A stretch of 64,000 nt of DNA, from assembly GCF_018977255.1 (NCBI RefSeq), contig NW_024704763.1, forward strand, positions 2,914,001 to 2,978,000. The letters are read 5' to 3'. This document shows, piece after piece, positions 1-12,940 of this stretch. The position numbers and the translations under genes are program-made. Every line of letters begins with the position of its first letter. The first letter of the stretch is position 1. A model generated the notes under the pieces. It saw only the letters and a program-made list of their open reading frames with translations. It was not told the DNA's origin and did no database searches. The stretch comes from Callorhinchus milii (taxonomy: Eukaryota).

Positions 1-616
1 CACACATACCACACACAAACAGACAGGTTGTAGATGCTTCTATACAGGCCCCTGACTTCGCACCTTCCTACACACTGAGGGATTGGAAGTCAGGAGGAAT
101 GAGAGATGCTCAACTTCACAATAGTATAATACTTACAGGCTCAAGGTTTCCATTCGGAATGGGTCTTTAAATCAGATTCAGCCCCCACTCTTCGACTACT
201 CCACAGCTCCAACACACAACAACACACAACACCCACTTACCTCGATCGCTCGCCAAAGCTCTCTGCTCAATTTTTTATTTTTTTGTGGAGGGGTAGAAAA
301 GGAAGAGGAACTTTTCAATGTTCAGTTAGCTTCCAAATCACATGAGTGATTCAATTGATTCAATGAGAAATTTTACGTGTGTTGGATAATTGCACCGAGT
401 CATCGGTTAGATAACGTTTCAGATTAACAATGTGAATGTACTGTGACCAGAGGGAAACAGGGGATGTAATGGGGAAAGTTCTGTAACATTTCCTAGGCTT
501 TGACATTCACCATATTTCTGGAATTGCGGGAAATAAGTACAATGACCCCCACACAACATACACAAGTTACCTTCTACTTGTCCAGCTAGGACCACCCTGC
601 TTTTATACAGTTCTAT

Positions 617-920
617 AATAATAATAATTCTTGCATTTGATATTGCGCCTTATCACGTCTTCGAGACGTCTATGTATACAAATGTGGAGCCCTTACAATG
701 CTGGTTATTATTAGAGATTGCATGACACAAAAAACTGTCTGCTGGGAATATTTTCCTATTTTGTGGGTGCAAAACCGCAGTCAATTTGTGTCTCACAACA
801 GTCATGGAATGAGTCACCAATTTTATGTGGGGGGTGATTGACCAGGAGAGAGAGAAAGAGAGACACTCTTTGCCCTTTTCAAATAATGCCATGGGAATCT
901 TTAACGTCCACCTGACAGTG
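617..920 (-). mobile_element. Old Deu-type SINE remnant
   Basis: (TAA)n tail, then TTGCATTTGATA...GACGTC tail, then core (ATGCCATGGGAATCTTTAACGTCCACCTGA). Shared with copies at 4620, 6818, 48475 and 62470. Boundaries approximate. Confidence 0.7.
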
Positions 921-1202
921 AGCACAAGTAGGGTATTCGAGTTTGGGAGGTGAGTTCTTTTACAGAAAATCAGCTGCAAAAAACTGAATTCAACAATTTG
1001 CCAAATTGTAGATTCCTGGAATGTTGCACTATTAAACAAATGGGTGTTTGACACATTGAGAAACCCATCACCGTGCTTCAGAGTATCCAAATTAAACTGA
1101 GGATTTCACGCATCCCACTTACACTTACCTAGTTATTTTATTATATATGAAATATGAATATAAAATATTAATATTTTATGTTGTTCATATTGGAGTAAAT
1201 CT

Positions 1203-1312
1203 ATGGGGAGAGCGCGGGGGAATGGGATTGATTTGGAAGCTCTTTTCAAAGGGCTGGCACAGACACGATGGGCCGAATGGCCTCCTTCTGTGCTGTATAA
1301 TACTATGATTCC
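1203..1312 (+). mobile_element. CR1-like LINE 3' end
   Basis: GGCACAGACACGATGGGCCGAATGGCCTCCTTCTGTGCTGTA...ATGATTC tail, also seen at 33100 and 48170. Confidence 0.7.
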
Positions 1313-2308
1313 AAATCGAGACTCATTTCCTGCCCAACACACACACACACTCACACGCGCACACACACATCCATATATTGTAATCCCCACCAATGTGATT
1401 TGCTATTTCTACCTTCTAGTTTTATAATACAATATTGTATGCCGAGCACGACATACACTTTCTACCAAATTATCCTTGATAAAATCTATATCGCTGCAGT
1501 GAGACAACACATCATAAATAATATCAATAATCCTTGCATTTCATATCGCCCCTTTTAACACTGAAACATTTCAAAGGCTCGACAGAGACTTGCTGTCAAG
1601 TGATGTGGCTGTCTATTTGCAGCCGAGGCCGGTCGCCAATTTGCACGCAGTCATGTCCCACAAACAGCCATGAAGGCACAACAGTTGTAATGACACCGAC
1701 ACAGGTACGTGACACACACACACCGTATAAAAAGCTGTAATAACTTATCAACTAAGTTTACTGTGGCATCTTGGTAAGCCTTAGGCACTTGGTCGAAAGC
1801 GTTCAACACGTTTAATCAGTAAGAAGATGTCAGTTACCTGAATTTTTTTTAAACCACAGTTTTTCTGTTACTTGATTGTCTGATTTTGTTCTCAATTCAG
1901 CCCACAAGGCACAGAGATAGTTTGCAGTCACAAGGCGCCCTGAGGTTGTAGCCACAACCCGGATGAGACTTCCTGTCTTCAGTTTGAGAACATTACAAAA
2001 CTGCAATGAACTTGTCTGAACAGCAACAATCAATGGAAACCGATCTACTGTGTGTCAGCCTGGCTTTGTTGGAAGCACGCTCGCCTCTGAGTCAGAAGGT
2101 TATGGGTTCAAACGCCACGCAAAGACTCAAGTCGTCTGGACTGACACTTCAATAAAGTGATGGAGGTGGGGGTGCCGCGTAGTTCTGCACAGTTGAAGGG
2201 GTCGGAGTTATGAAATTTGCTGCGTTTCAGATTGACACGTTAAATGCCACAGGTTTCACTCAGTTTCACCCAATTCACCTCCCTCCTATCAGGCCCAGTC
2301 ATTCCTCC

Positions 2309-2582
2309 AAGTTCTGTAGCTCAATGGTTAGAGCACTCGCCTCGCAAGCGAGAGACCTGGGTTCGATTCCCGGCAGGGCGAAACCTTGGGCAAGTTTCCT
2401 TACTCCACACGCCTGATAATAATCCCTCAAGAAAAAAGCAATAATAAATTGGTCATTTCAATCCACGACTGTTTGTGGGACGCTGCTGTGTGCAATTGGC
2501 TGCTACGTTTTGCCCACAAATATACAGTCAATTCACTTTACAGTATATTCTGTGAATATCAAATGCAAGGATCATTATTCAT
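2309..2582 (+). mobile_element. tRNA-derived SINE, younger family
   Basis: A box TAGCTCAATGGTTAGAGC, anticodon-like stem CTCGC-CTCGCAA-GCGAG, B box GGTTCGATTCC, then the shared body and a CAAATGCAAGGA...TTA tail. Confidence 0.85.
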
Positions 2583-2764
2583 TTATATATTATCTTCCAC
2601 CTTCATCAGTACTCACTGTTTAAATAGAAATATTTGCAATAGTTTTTTGTATCAAAGATTTTAATCTCTGATAAATGCATTTCACAGATATATCCCCTAC
2701 AAAATATACAGTCAATTCACTTTACAGTATATTCTGTGAAGTGCTTTGATTCGTCTCACAATGT

Positions 2765-2950
2765 AACAATAATAATCCTTGCATTTCATATAGTGCCTTG
2801 TCACGTCTTCGAGACGTCTCAAAGCGCTTCACAGAATATAATGTAAAGTAAATTGACTGTGTATTTTGTGGGTGAAACACAGCAGCCAATTGCGCACAGC
2901 AGTGTCCCATAAACAGTGGTGGATTGTGTGACCAAATTAGTATTATTAAG
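2765..2950 (-). mobile_element. SINE 3' portion, inverted relative to the 2309 copy
   Basis: AATAATCCTTGCATT...GAGACGTCTCAAAGCGCTTCACAG...GCAGCCAATTGCGCACAGC body. Confidence 0.75.
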
Positions 2951-4619
2951 ATTGATAAAGCTCTATATCAAATGCAAGGATTATTTTTTATATAGTATTA
3001 TTATTATTTGCTGCATTGGTTTCTAGAGCATATGTTAGCTTTGGGTTCCTTTCGTGAAAGCAATAACAGATCTTGTGATCCATCAGGATCTCTTGTAGCT
3101 TCCCAACTCAGCCCTCCCCAGTCTGGCTGATCAAGTCCTTGAGCTCAAGTTAGCGAAATTCCTCTGATGTAATTGAAAACTATATGGAAAATACCATCAA
3201 GTGAGGTATGCGTGTCTCCTTATGGTGTACAGCAACTTCTGATCACAAGCCATGAATGCACATGAACAAGCCATCATGGGTTTAGCAACAAAATATTGTT
3301 CAAAGACTAATTCGGATCTGGCTGTACAATTCCACCCAAACCTATAGATTTGCATTCTGTTTACAACATCGTTTCTCTGTAACCCTGAGACTCATTCATA
3401 AAACGTATTTGCCCAGTTACTCACTGTACTTAGGTAAATATTTGCTTTATTAACACTAGCTCATTCTGCCTAGCTCAACCCTTTTCTGCAATCTGTCCTG
3501 TGGGGGTGGGGGGACTGAGATGGGGAGGGGAGAGTGGTAATAATTGTATTGATCGGAATATATATTTTTTAAATGTTCTAATAAAGATTTAGGGATTTCT
3601 TACAGTAAATTTATAACAATAATAATCCTTGCATTATTCCTTGAACTTCTCCACGTAAAGAAATACTTCTTGATGTTTCTCCGAAGATTGCCCTTCACAG
3701 CCCTGACCCTATGCCTATTATTCTGTTGTCCCAGGCAGTCTTGGGGAGTTAGGCCAGAAGGGTCTGTTATAAACACACACCTGAAAGATCACTTTTAGCG
3801 ATCCATGTGAGCTAGTATTCCTGGGAGCATTGTGTTTTTCCTTTGAGGCACATTTTCGTACTAATATACATTCCGTTTAATCCGGAATCTTTAGTCTTAA
3901 TATCACAGGAGAGACACAATACCAGGGGATGTGATGGACTCATTGCATAGGTCAGTCTGTCCAGCTTTTCCTCCATATCTCCTGTTGCAAATCTTAGCAC
4001 ATGAAGTGTTGCTCCAGTGGAGTGCGCTTTCAGTCATTCAACTAGTCACTAGCAGGTGGCAGTGGTGCTACAGAAATGGGCAGTCCAGCACTACGCTGAC
4101 AAGGAGCGAGGATTATAACAATAATAATTCTTGCATTGGATATAAAGCCTTATCACGTCATCGAGATGTCCCAAAGTGCTTCACGTGATATACTGCAAAG
4201 TGGAGTGACTGTATATTTTGTGGGTGAAACACACAACAGCGAAACATGTATCAAACTGCGAATGTGATCTTTAGACACCAATGTTATTGGTGGGTTCAAT
4301 CTATTAATTGACCCAACTCTTCTGCATTAAGGGATGTGGGGAAAGAGGAGAAAAGTGAGACTAATAATAAAAGGTGAATGAGATAGTCAGGTAGCAGCGC
4401 CACAAATAGGATGGGCTGAACAGCCCCTTTCGAAGCTGTAAGAAATTATTTGTAAGGTAAAAAAGGTAAATAAGAAAAACTATTGTCATTGGTTGGTGAA
4501 TCAGCAAACTAAAGGGCACAATAGACTGATTGGCCTCCTTCTGTGCTGTAAAGTTCTGATTCTAGTTTAGGAGTCATTGCTTACCCCCTTGAGTCGGAAA
4601 CCTGGAAAGAGCAAAGTTA

Positions 4620-4962
4620 CTTAGAAGGTTGTGAGTCCAAGTCCCACGTTGCAATGCAGTGTGGGGGTTGGAGGCGCCGTCCTTCAGATGAGAAGTTAAA
4701 CCGAAGTCCTATCTGCCTGTTAAAGATCCCAGGGCGGTATTCGAAAGGAGAAGGGAATTTCTCACACACAGGGTCCTGGCCAACAATTCCCCAAATAAAA
4801 TTGGTCACTCACTCCTTAACTGTTTGTGGAATATTGCTGTGTGCAAATTGGCTGCTGCATTCGCCCACAAATACACAGTCACTTCACTTCACAGTAAATC
4901 CTGTGAAGCGCTTTAGGACGTTCTAGAGGCGCTATACCAAATGCAAGGATTATTATTATTAA
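4620..4962 (+). mobile_element. Deu-type SINE (SacSINE1/AmnSINE1-like core)
   Basis: CAGATGAGAAGTTAAACCGA...TAAAGATCCCAGGGC...GTCCTGGCCAACA core, then GCTGTGTGCAAATTGGCTGC and a (TTA)n tail. Family name from recalled consensus. Confidence 0.7.
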
Positions 4963-6209
4963 TTAATGGGGGGATGGGGAGGTTTGAATGTTCATCCGAA
5001 CATCTATCTCTGAACTTCTGTTCGTGTTTGTACTATGTCGATAGAGTGAATGTAAAAACATGTTTTGCTGATAAGATGGGAGTTATGAACCTGACCTCAC
5101 CCAGTACTGCTCTGCAGAGTATCAGAGCTGCAAATAACACTTCACTTGAATAACAGTGAGAAACAGCATCGTGTGAACATAGCACAGTTATTTAACTATC
5201 TGGCAGTTAAAGTTTTAGTGTTAAAAATAGAAATAAACAAATAAAGACATTAAGGTTTGAGCGTGTTCAATTAGATAGTAGATAAAGTCGCTTCCTTACA
5301 CTGTCTGTGCCATAATGTTCGCTCTCTGTGCTATTTGTGAACGAACATTTAAAAGTGATCATCTTCTCATCAGAGGAAGGTGTTAGGGGCTATTTAAGGG
5401 TTCCTAAATTAGTCTCAACCACAGGCATTACTACGAATAAAGTGCTCCTCAGCAATGAAGAAATAACTGCTGCTGGGGAGGTGGGGAGGAGATGAATTAA
5501 TTCCCTACTCTCTCAAGAACTGAAAAGTTTTTATCTTGAAATTTTTGGACTGGTTCATGAAAAGGTCTATGAAACCCAGCAGTAGAGTCAACGTTGTTTG
5601 GTAATAACCCTATAAATGTAACTCTATAAGCCATGTAATAATAGTTGAAGTTTGGAAGTACTTTCATTGACATTAAACAACCTGCGTCTATATAGAGTGT
5701 ATATAGAGTCCCAGAGCGCTTGACAGTGGCGGAGCACGGAGGGAGGAGACCGTAGGCACTTTTATTTTATTGTAATATATTTTTTATTTAGGTACTTTTG
5801 TTGATAACTTCAGTGGTAATACCTTTAAGTCAGAACAGTGGGTTCAAGCCCCAAATTGGGTCTTTGAACTCATACCCTGGCTTGGCACTGTATTTCTGTA
5901 TTGTTCGAGGTGCCATCTCCCGTCTGTCTGTTCATACACAAATTAGTTAAAAGATGACAGTTTCTCCTGATGTCTTGGTCATTCACTTCACGGCTGTTCG
6001 AGAGTCATTGCTGCGTGAAAATTGGTTGTTGTGTTCACCTACGAATACACAGTCACTACCCGTAATACAAAATCTCTGTGAAGTGCTTCGAGAAGTTTCA
6101 ATGCGATAAGCCAAAATATCAAACTCAATGATTATTTTATTATCTCTTGGCTGGCAAGCATTCTGTCATTGCGTGCCTTACTGTCTCTCTGATAGCTTTA
6201 CTCCACCAA

Positions 6210-6545
6210 CATTTTGTAGCGTAGTGGTTAGAGCTCTCGCCTCGCAAGTGAGAGGATCCAGGTTCGATTCCCGGGCATTCCCGGTAAGTTTCCTTACCCC
6301 ACATAATAATAATAATAATAAGTAGAAACTTAGTTGTTAGTCGATTGGTGGATCACTTTTCCAGGGGGTAATAATCCATTCCAAAAAAAATAATAACTTG
6401 GTCACTCAATCCACGACTGTTTGTGGGACGCTGCTGTGCACAATTGGCTGCCAAATTTCACGCACAAAATACCCAGTCAACTCACTTTACAATATATTCT
6501 GTGAGATGTCTCAACCACGTGATAAGGCGCTATATCAATTGCAAA
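6210..6545 (+). mobile_element. tRNA-derived SINE
   Basis: GTAGCGTAGTGGTTAGAGC / GGTTCGATTCCC head plus shared body. Confidence 0.8.
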
Positions 6546-6817
6546 TCAGTCCGGACAGATTGTGCTCAAACAAGTGGATCCAATTTCTTTTGATCCAATT
6601 GCTCCGGTCCTGTCATTCCTATTTCCTACAGTTGTGTTAATGGACTTTTGCTGGCTCCCACTTCAGACACATAAACATCAACAGTGTAAAACAATACAAG
6701 TTCTCAATGAAGTAAGTTTTGCTAGTCATGCATTAAAACTGCTGCTTGCTGACTGTGGGAACAATACACAAGGTCACACTTCTGTCCTCTGGAGCCAGTG
6801 TTCATAAACTTGCACAG

Positions 6818-7205
6818 AATAATAATAATAAACCGTGCATTTGATATAGCGCCTTACCACATTGTCGAGACATCTCAAAAGCACTTCACAGGATATACTG
6901 TAAAGTGGATTGACTGTGTTTTGACTGTGGATTGATTTTGTAAACAAAACCCTACGGTCAGTTTGCTCACAGCAATGTCCCACAAACAGTCATACAGTGA
7001 GTGACTAATTTTTATTTGGGGGATTGTTGGCCATGAGAAACGATCTTTTCGAATAGTGCCACTGGATCTTTAACGCGCACCCAAACAGGTAGACGAGACC
7101 TCAGTTTATTGTCTCATCTGAAGGACAGCATCTCCTACAATGCAACCACCCACTCCCAGCACTGGATCGGAGTGTCATCTTAGATTATATGCTTCCAAGT
7201 CCCAA
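6818..7205 (-). mobile_element. Deu-type SINE
   Basis: Reverse-complement tail, body and Deu-like core (GAATAGTGCCACTGGATCTTTAACG...GTCTCATCTGAAGGACAGCA). Confidence 0.7.
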
Positions 7206-7499
7206 TAAGACATTAGGATTGGGTGCAATCGCCCACATTTGTGGGGGCATTTACTGGCACCAATGGGTCAAAATTTCTGGCTGAAATCTGTTGCTGAGAA
7301 CAAACCCTGGGGTATTAATACAGCCTTGGTCACTAGTGTCCCATATTCCGCTCTAGTTATTCTAGAAGTTTGCCGTCTATGAGTCTTTCACCGTATTAAA
7401 TGACACCTTCTCGTGCTCACGCGCTCCCCCCGAAGAAGCCAATGCAAAAACCACGCGTCAAGGTTTCCAGGGCGGGATTTTTTTTTTGGAGCTGAGTAC

Positions 7500-7680
7500 A
7501 CTTTATCTGGAACCAAACAGACTATAAGTGGAGACCACTGATTAGAGACGATTCCCCCAAATAAGGCAACTGGGAGGGGGAGGCGCTGGGTCACAGGACT
7601 GGAGAGTGGAGAGGGGTGGGGTGGAAGTAGGCAGGAATCAGCCAGTGGCTGTCAACTGCCGAGGGTATTAATATGACAGG
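7500..7680 (+). promoter_or_regulatory. Putative muscle-type proximal promoter of the NMRK gene
   Basis: CArG box CCAAATAAGG 7557-7566, E-boxes CAACTG 7567-7572 and 7653-7658, GATA TTATCT 7503-7508, Meis sites CTGTCA 7649 and TGACAG 7674, AT-rich TATTAATA 7666-7673. Lies at the edge of a CpG-rich region. Motif-level evidence only. Confidence 0.5.
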
Positions 7681-7984
7681 GGGAGGGCGGGTTGGTTTCT
7701 GAGGGTTTGCTGCAGCGTTTGGCACGTTGCATTTCGTCTTGTGCTCAGGGGCTGCCCGGAGAGCGGGGTCGGCGATCTATGTCTCCTCTCTCTCTTCAAT
7801 TAGAGAACATGGCTGAAAAAAGTAGGTGACAATAACTCGCAGACCAGACCAGACCAGGACTGGACGTGGACGTGGAGAGTCAAAGCAACAGCAAGAACCA
7901 CCTCCGCGTCTGACTTTGCTGCTCTCTCCCACCTAAACCGACCCCCCCGGTGCCCCCCCGGCGGCCCCACCGACACATACAGAC

Positions 7985-10491
7985 ATGAGCGAAGGAAACA
8001 TCGGAAACTCTGGAATGAAGTTCATCATTGGAATCAGCGGGTGAGTGAGTGAGTGAGTGGGTGAGTGAGTGAGACCAGAGTTGAGAGTAAAACGTGGGAG
8101 TTAAGCACGTGCTCTCTTTCTCTGTACCCGGAAGGAACGTAATGTATCGATTCAAATGTATCCATTTAAATGTATCCGTGCGATGTGGCCATTTAAATGT
8201 ATCCATTTAACAGCTGATCGATTTGCAGTCGCTGCATCGCCGGTTACACCTTCTCCATCTCCTGACCTGAGCAGTTGAGGGGGGGCTTGACCCGGGTTAG
8301 GATTATCTGGAACTAAATGGTCAGATTAACACGGGGGTAAGGCCCCAATACCCGAGAGGGAGGAAAATACGGGATCACCCCCTCTCCCCCCAACCCCACC
8401 CCTCCCCCCCACCCCTCCATTCCCCAGATCGGAATCTTCTCAAATGGACATTTTGCACTTTTTAATTTAAAGCCATTTGCTTTCCAAATGGAGAGATTTC
8501 CCCCAAACCCCCCCCCCCCACACCCCCATCACCACCCCCCACCCACACCCCCATCACCCCCCCCCCCCACCCCACCCCCTCTCCCTCTGATCCCAAAGGT
8601 TCCATCCATTTCGATTTGATTGAAACCGAATTGAAAGGATTTAAAGCACAAAAAAAAGCGCTTTTTTTTTCTATTTTCAAACGCTTTATTTTTTTTTGGA
8701 GTGCGCGTGGAAAAAAAAGAGGAAAAACTCGCCTCGCGCAAATATTGGGGCGAAATAAATGTATGATTTGTGGTGTTAAAATCAAATTCCGACCCTCAGC
8801 GCGGGGCCAACCATGTGCTTTCCTTCCACATCTTTTGTCTCCCGAATCGGGAAGGAAAGGGGGAAAACCGCCCCTTTTTTTTTGATGGAGGGGAAGGGAG
8901 GGGGGGAAAATGTGTTGCTTTATTGGCGAAAGTTTCGCAAAAGTTTATTACAGAAATCAAAATAAATGTTTGTTGAAGCGCTGTGTCCCGCGGGGATCCG
9001 ATACCCTGGGAATTGTTAGGGAGAAGAGCGGAGGCAACATCGCCACGTGGGACCGGGGACAGATCGGTGCAGTGCCGGTGTCCGGTTGACTTGTCTTTGT
9101 TGTAGAGCTTTCTCTCTCTCTCTCTCTCTCTCCTCTCTCTTCTCCCTCAGACCTGTTCAGGATGAATTTTTTTTTAAACAAAAATGATCCAGTGGTTATG
9201 TCCCGTGGAGGGATTTCTTTTATTTCTATCTAACTGTTTTTTTTTTTGGTGGGGTGGGGGTTTTGTCTGGACTTTTAATTTCTCTGAAATTCCCTGTTGT
9301 ATCCAGGGGTGATATGGGGTGGGGGTGGGGGGGGGGGGGGAGAGTGTACCAGTGGAGTCTCCTTGGACCTGAACTGGCTCCCCCAGGTGATGTGTTTGGC
9401 AACGGAGGGTCAGAATCGAGCCAGCCCTCCGTGGCGGTCTCCGTAGTCCAGTTCCTGAGCCAGGCGGGTCAGCGGTATTCCAGGGCGAATCCAACGTGGG
9501 GCTCGAGCCCAGAAGGCTTTGACCCACAGGCAAGAGGGCTGCCAACCTGGCGTTCTCGCTTCTGAGTCAGAAGGTTGGGTTCAAGCCCCACGTCGGGACC
9601 TTGGAATCATAGTCTAAACCAGCGGTGGCAACGATGATGCCAGCCGTCAAAATGCAGCCTGACCCTCCAGTGCTGTACTGAAGTAGTTAGTTGTGGGTTT
9701 GTGGGTTGTTAAATAGGCTTTTGGTGAGAGGCTGAACAATGCCCTTCTGTTCTGGTGCTTCAGGTAAACGTTACAGAAACCACAAGCGGGAAACTCTCTT
9801 GGTGTCCTGGTTTAGTCTATCCCTACCTCCTAAATTCATCCTAACCTGATTTCCATTTAGTTATTCATCTTTCTGCTGCCCAGATTAGCTCCTGTGAGAT
9901 TGCCTAGATAGCAACAGCCACTCCACTCTGCATATGAGTAGCTCATTGTGTGAAATGATTCGAGAGACACTGTGACTTGATATTCGAAAAGAGACAGGAG
10001 TTTCCATCTCTCCCGGTGTCCTGGCCAACGATCCCCCAAATTAAATTAGCCACTCACTTTGTGGCTGTTTATGAAAAATTGCTGTGTGCAAACTGGTTGC
10101 CAGGTTTCACCCTCAAAATATACAGTATATCCTGAGAAGCACTTTGTACGTCTTGATGATGTGTTAAGACGCTATATCAGAGGCAAGGATTATTATTAAG
10201 ACGCCAGATCAAATGCAACTGTTAGTCTCCGATGCCTGAGCACAATGCTGCTCTGCTCTGTGTCTGGACAGTGTATTTATTATAAACTCTTTACTCTCTC
10301 TCTAGTGTCACTAATGCTGGTAAGACCACACTCACCAAGCAGCTCTTTAAAGCCCTACCAAACTGCTGTGTGGTGCACCAAGATGAATTCTTTAAGGTGA
10401 GGTTTTGCACTTACACTTTTAAGCAGTGAGTATAAATGTGGTGATGTCGTGGGTAGATAAAGCAGAGACCACAGCTTCTTTTGAAGGGAAA

Positions 10492-10549
<58 letters not shown>

Positions 10550-12940
10550 GAATGAGGAGGGATTGGGCAGTGAGCCAGAGAATGGGATTGGATACTGTGG
10601 CTCATGTGGAGAAAAAAACACCAGCTCAGACGTGATGAACCGAACGACCTTTTTTTATGCTGCAAGGTGTGATGTTGAATGAAAAATGCTTGAATGAGCA
10701 CTTGATCAATTTTCTTTCTGACATCAATATTAATTCAGCTTCATCACTTTGGTGGGTGAAGATTTGATATGGGGGATGAATGGTGGGTTTCCAGATCTTT
10801 GGGGTGGGTGGGGGGAGAATAATCACTGCTTAAGAATCTCCTGGGAGCATTTTTTTCTGCCCCAAATAACACTACAATTGGGAAGCTCATGACTGTTTTC
10901 AGCACTTGTGCTAAGGTCAAACCTTTTAGGTATGTTTACAAAGGCCATGCTAGCTGGACTTAATTGTACGTTAAAGAATCGCTGCTCAGGCTCCAATAGT
11001 GGGTTAGTGGGTAAATGCATTGCTCACTAACCCGACGAGAGTACTTACAAGAGGGGTGCAGTAACAGACCAGAAGGTTTGAATCTGTGTCCACTAAATGG
11101 GCTGATCTCAGTTGGGGGTACAATTGGCCTTGACAGCCCTGGTTTTGGGAGGGGAGATTAGCCAGGCTTCCCTCTACTGATCACTTTTAAGTGATATTAG
11201 GAAGCTATTAGGTGAAATAAGAACTTTCTATCCAGTCCAGCAAATCCCTGGCATTACAGGTCAGTGGGAAGTTTCCTCTTGGGCTAAGGTTTGGCCCTTA
11301 GGCTGAATGGCTGGTTGTGTACCTATTGCTGTTCACCAAACATGGGTTGGCAATGCATATGTATTCTGTGATCGCTATGTTTCAGCCCCAGGATCAGATC
11401 GAGGTTGGTGAAGATGGCTTTAAGCAGTATGATGGTAAGACCACAGGTCTCACTTTAACCTCAACTGCACGTAGTCCAACACTCTTGTTGGAGTAATGCA
11501 CCCCTGTGACTGTTCATTTCAAAGTGTGTTAACACTATTTTGCCCTAAGCAACTCTTCAGCTCCCTGTTATCCATAACAAAACTTACAGTATGCGGGTCT
11601 ATCCTTTTATTAAATTAACAAAAAAAAAGCATTTTGTGCATGTCTAAATGCACATCAACTTAAAAGTTATTTCCGTTTGTTCTGCCCTGTTTGCAGTTAT
11701 CACGGCATTAGATATGGAAGCCATGATGAATACCATCCGAGCGTGGATTAAAGACCCAGTGAAATTTGAGCACTCGCACGGCATCAACCCGCTGGAAACT
11801 GAACCCAAACCGAAGACTTGGGACAACAGAATCCACATCCTCATTGTCGAGGGCTTCCTCCTCTACACCTACCAGTAAGAGCTCAGTCACCAGCACTCTC
11901 GCATTCTTGACTTGTTTGCGATGTATTTTAATAATATATATAATTTTTAATTGTATTTATGAAGCACCTGTAAACGTCAATGTCTCACTGCGCTTCTCGG
12001 GCAAATTTGTGCCAACGTGGATTGTGATAATTTAACAATCCTTGCATTTGATACAGCACCTTATCACGTCATTGAAACGTCTCACAGTGCTTCACAGAAT
12101 CCATTGAAAAGTGGATTGACTGTGTATTCTGTGGGTGAAATGCAGCAGCCAGTTGCGCACAGCAGCGTCCCACAACCAGGTTCCTACTTACTGCTCGGTA
12201 AACAGGCGTGTAGAGTAAGAAGACTTGCCTAAGGTTTCGCCCCACCTGGGAATCAAACCTGGATCCTCTCACTTAGGAGGCAAGCGTGCTTACCACTACA
12301 CTACGGATCTCCTGCGCACGAGGGAGATTTTCCCGAAAGTGGAGCATTGGACTCGTGATTTGACCAATTGCCGGTTGCTTTTGTCCACAGACCCCTGATT
12401 GACATGTTCCACATCCGCTACTTCCTTCACATTCCATACGAAGAATGCAAGAAACGGAGAAGGTAAAGCTCGAAAGACCCCCCCCCCAAAAAAAAATCTT
12501 CCCCATTTCCTCTTTCTCCTCCACCAAAGCTTTGGTGTCCAACTTCCCAACACGAGTCTCTTTAGTGATGCTCCCTTACTATTGTTTGCAGTACAAGGAA
12601 CTACTTGGTACCTGATCCACCTGGGCTGTTTGAGAAGCACGTGTGGCCCATGTACCTGAAGCACAATCAGATGATGGAGGACATGGCTGTTAATGTGGGT
12701 GAGTCAATCTTCTGCAAATCTGTCTTCGCTTCTATACTCAAAAATGGGGATATTCCAGTGCTCCCAACATGTAAGTTCAATTCACTTGAAACGCCTGTCT
12801 GATATTCTTTCTCATCCTTCTTGTGAAATGCAGTGAATTTGGATGGAACTAAATCAAAGGACGAAATGTATAACTTTACGTATGGTGACATCCAGAACCA
12901 GATTGACCAATATCTCGAAGAACTGAGAAGTGAGTCCTGA
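7985..12940 (+). CDS. NMRK2: Nicotinamide riboside kinase, NMRK2/MIBP-like (7 coding exons, about 209 aa from ATG 8015)
   Basis: join(7985 or 8015..8040, 10306..10396, 11386..11434, 11697..11874, 12391..12462, 12592..12698, 12834..12940, or donor after 12929). All introns GT-AG with compatible phases. Protein: [17 protein letters not shown] (P-loop)...[29 protein letters not shown]...[11 protein letters not shown]...[32 protein letters not shown]...LDGTKS. Closer to NMRK2 than NMRK1. True orthology and the last exon are uncertain. Confidence 0.9.
10493..10548 (+). repeat. (GATT)n microsatellite
   Basis: Pure GATT run in NMRK intron. Confidence 0.95.
12030..12305 (-). mobile_element. tRNA-derived SINE in NMRK intron
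   Basis: Reverse-complement tail, body and head (GGAATCAAACC...ACCACTACACTAC). Confidence 0.75.

Noticed and set aside
125-575. Minus-strand donor-like sites (GTAAGT near 135 and 240, GTAACT near 570)
   Set aside because: No acceptor or recognisable reading frame could be attached, so an exon cannot be supported.
2309-2385. tRNA-Ala(CGC)-like sequence, also at other SINE heads
   Set aside because: No proper acceptor stem or terminator. It always continues into the SINE body.
8140-8215. Short GTATCCATTTAAAT tandem resembling CArG boxes
   Set aside because: Does not fit CC(A/T)6GG; a simple local duplication.
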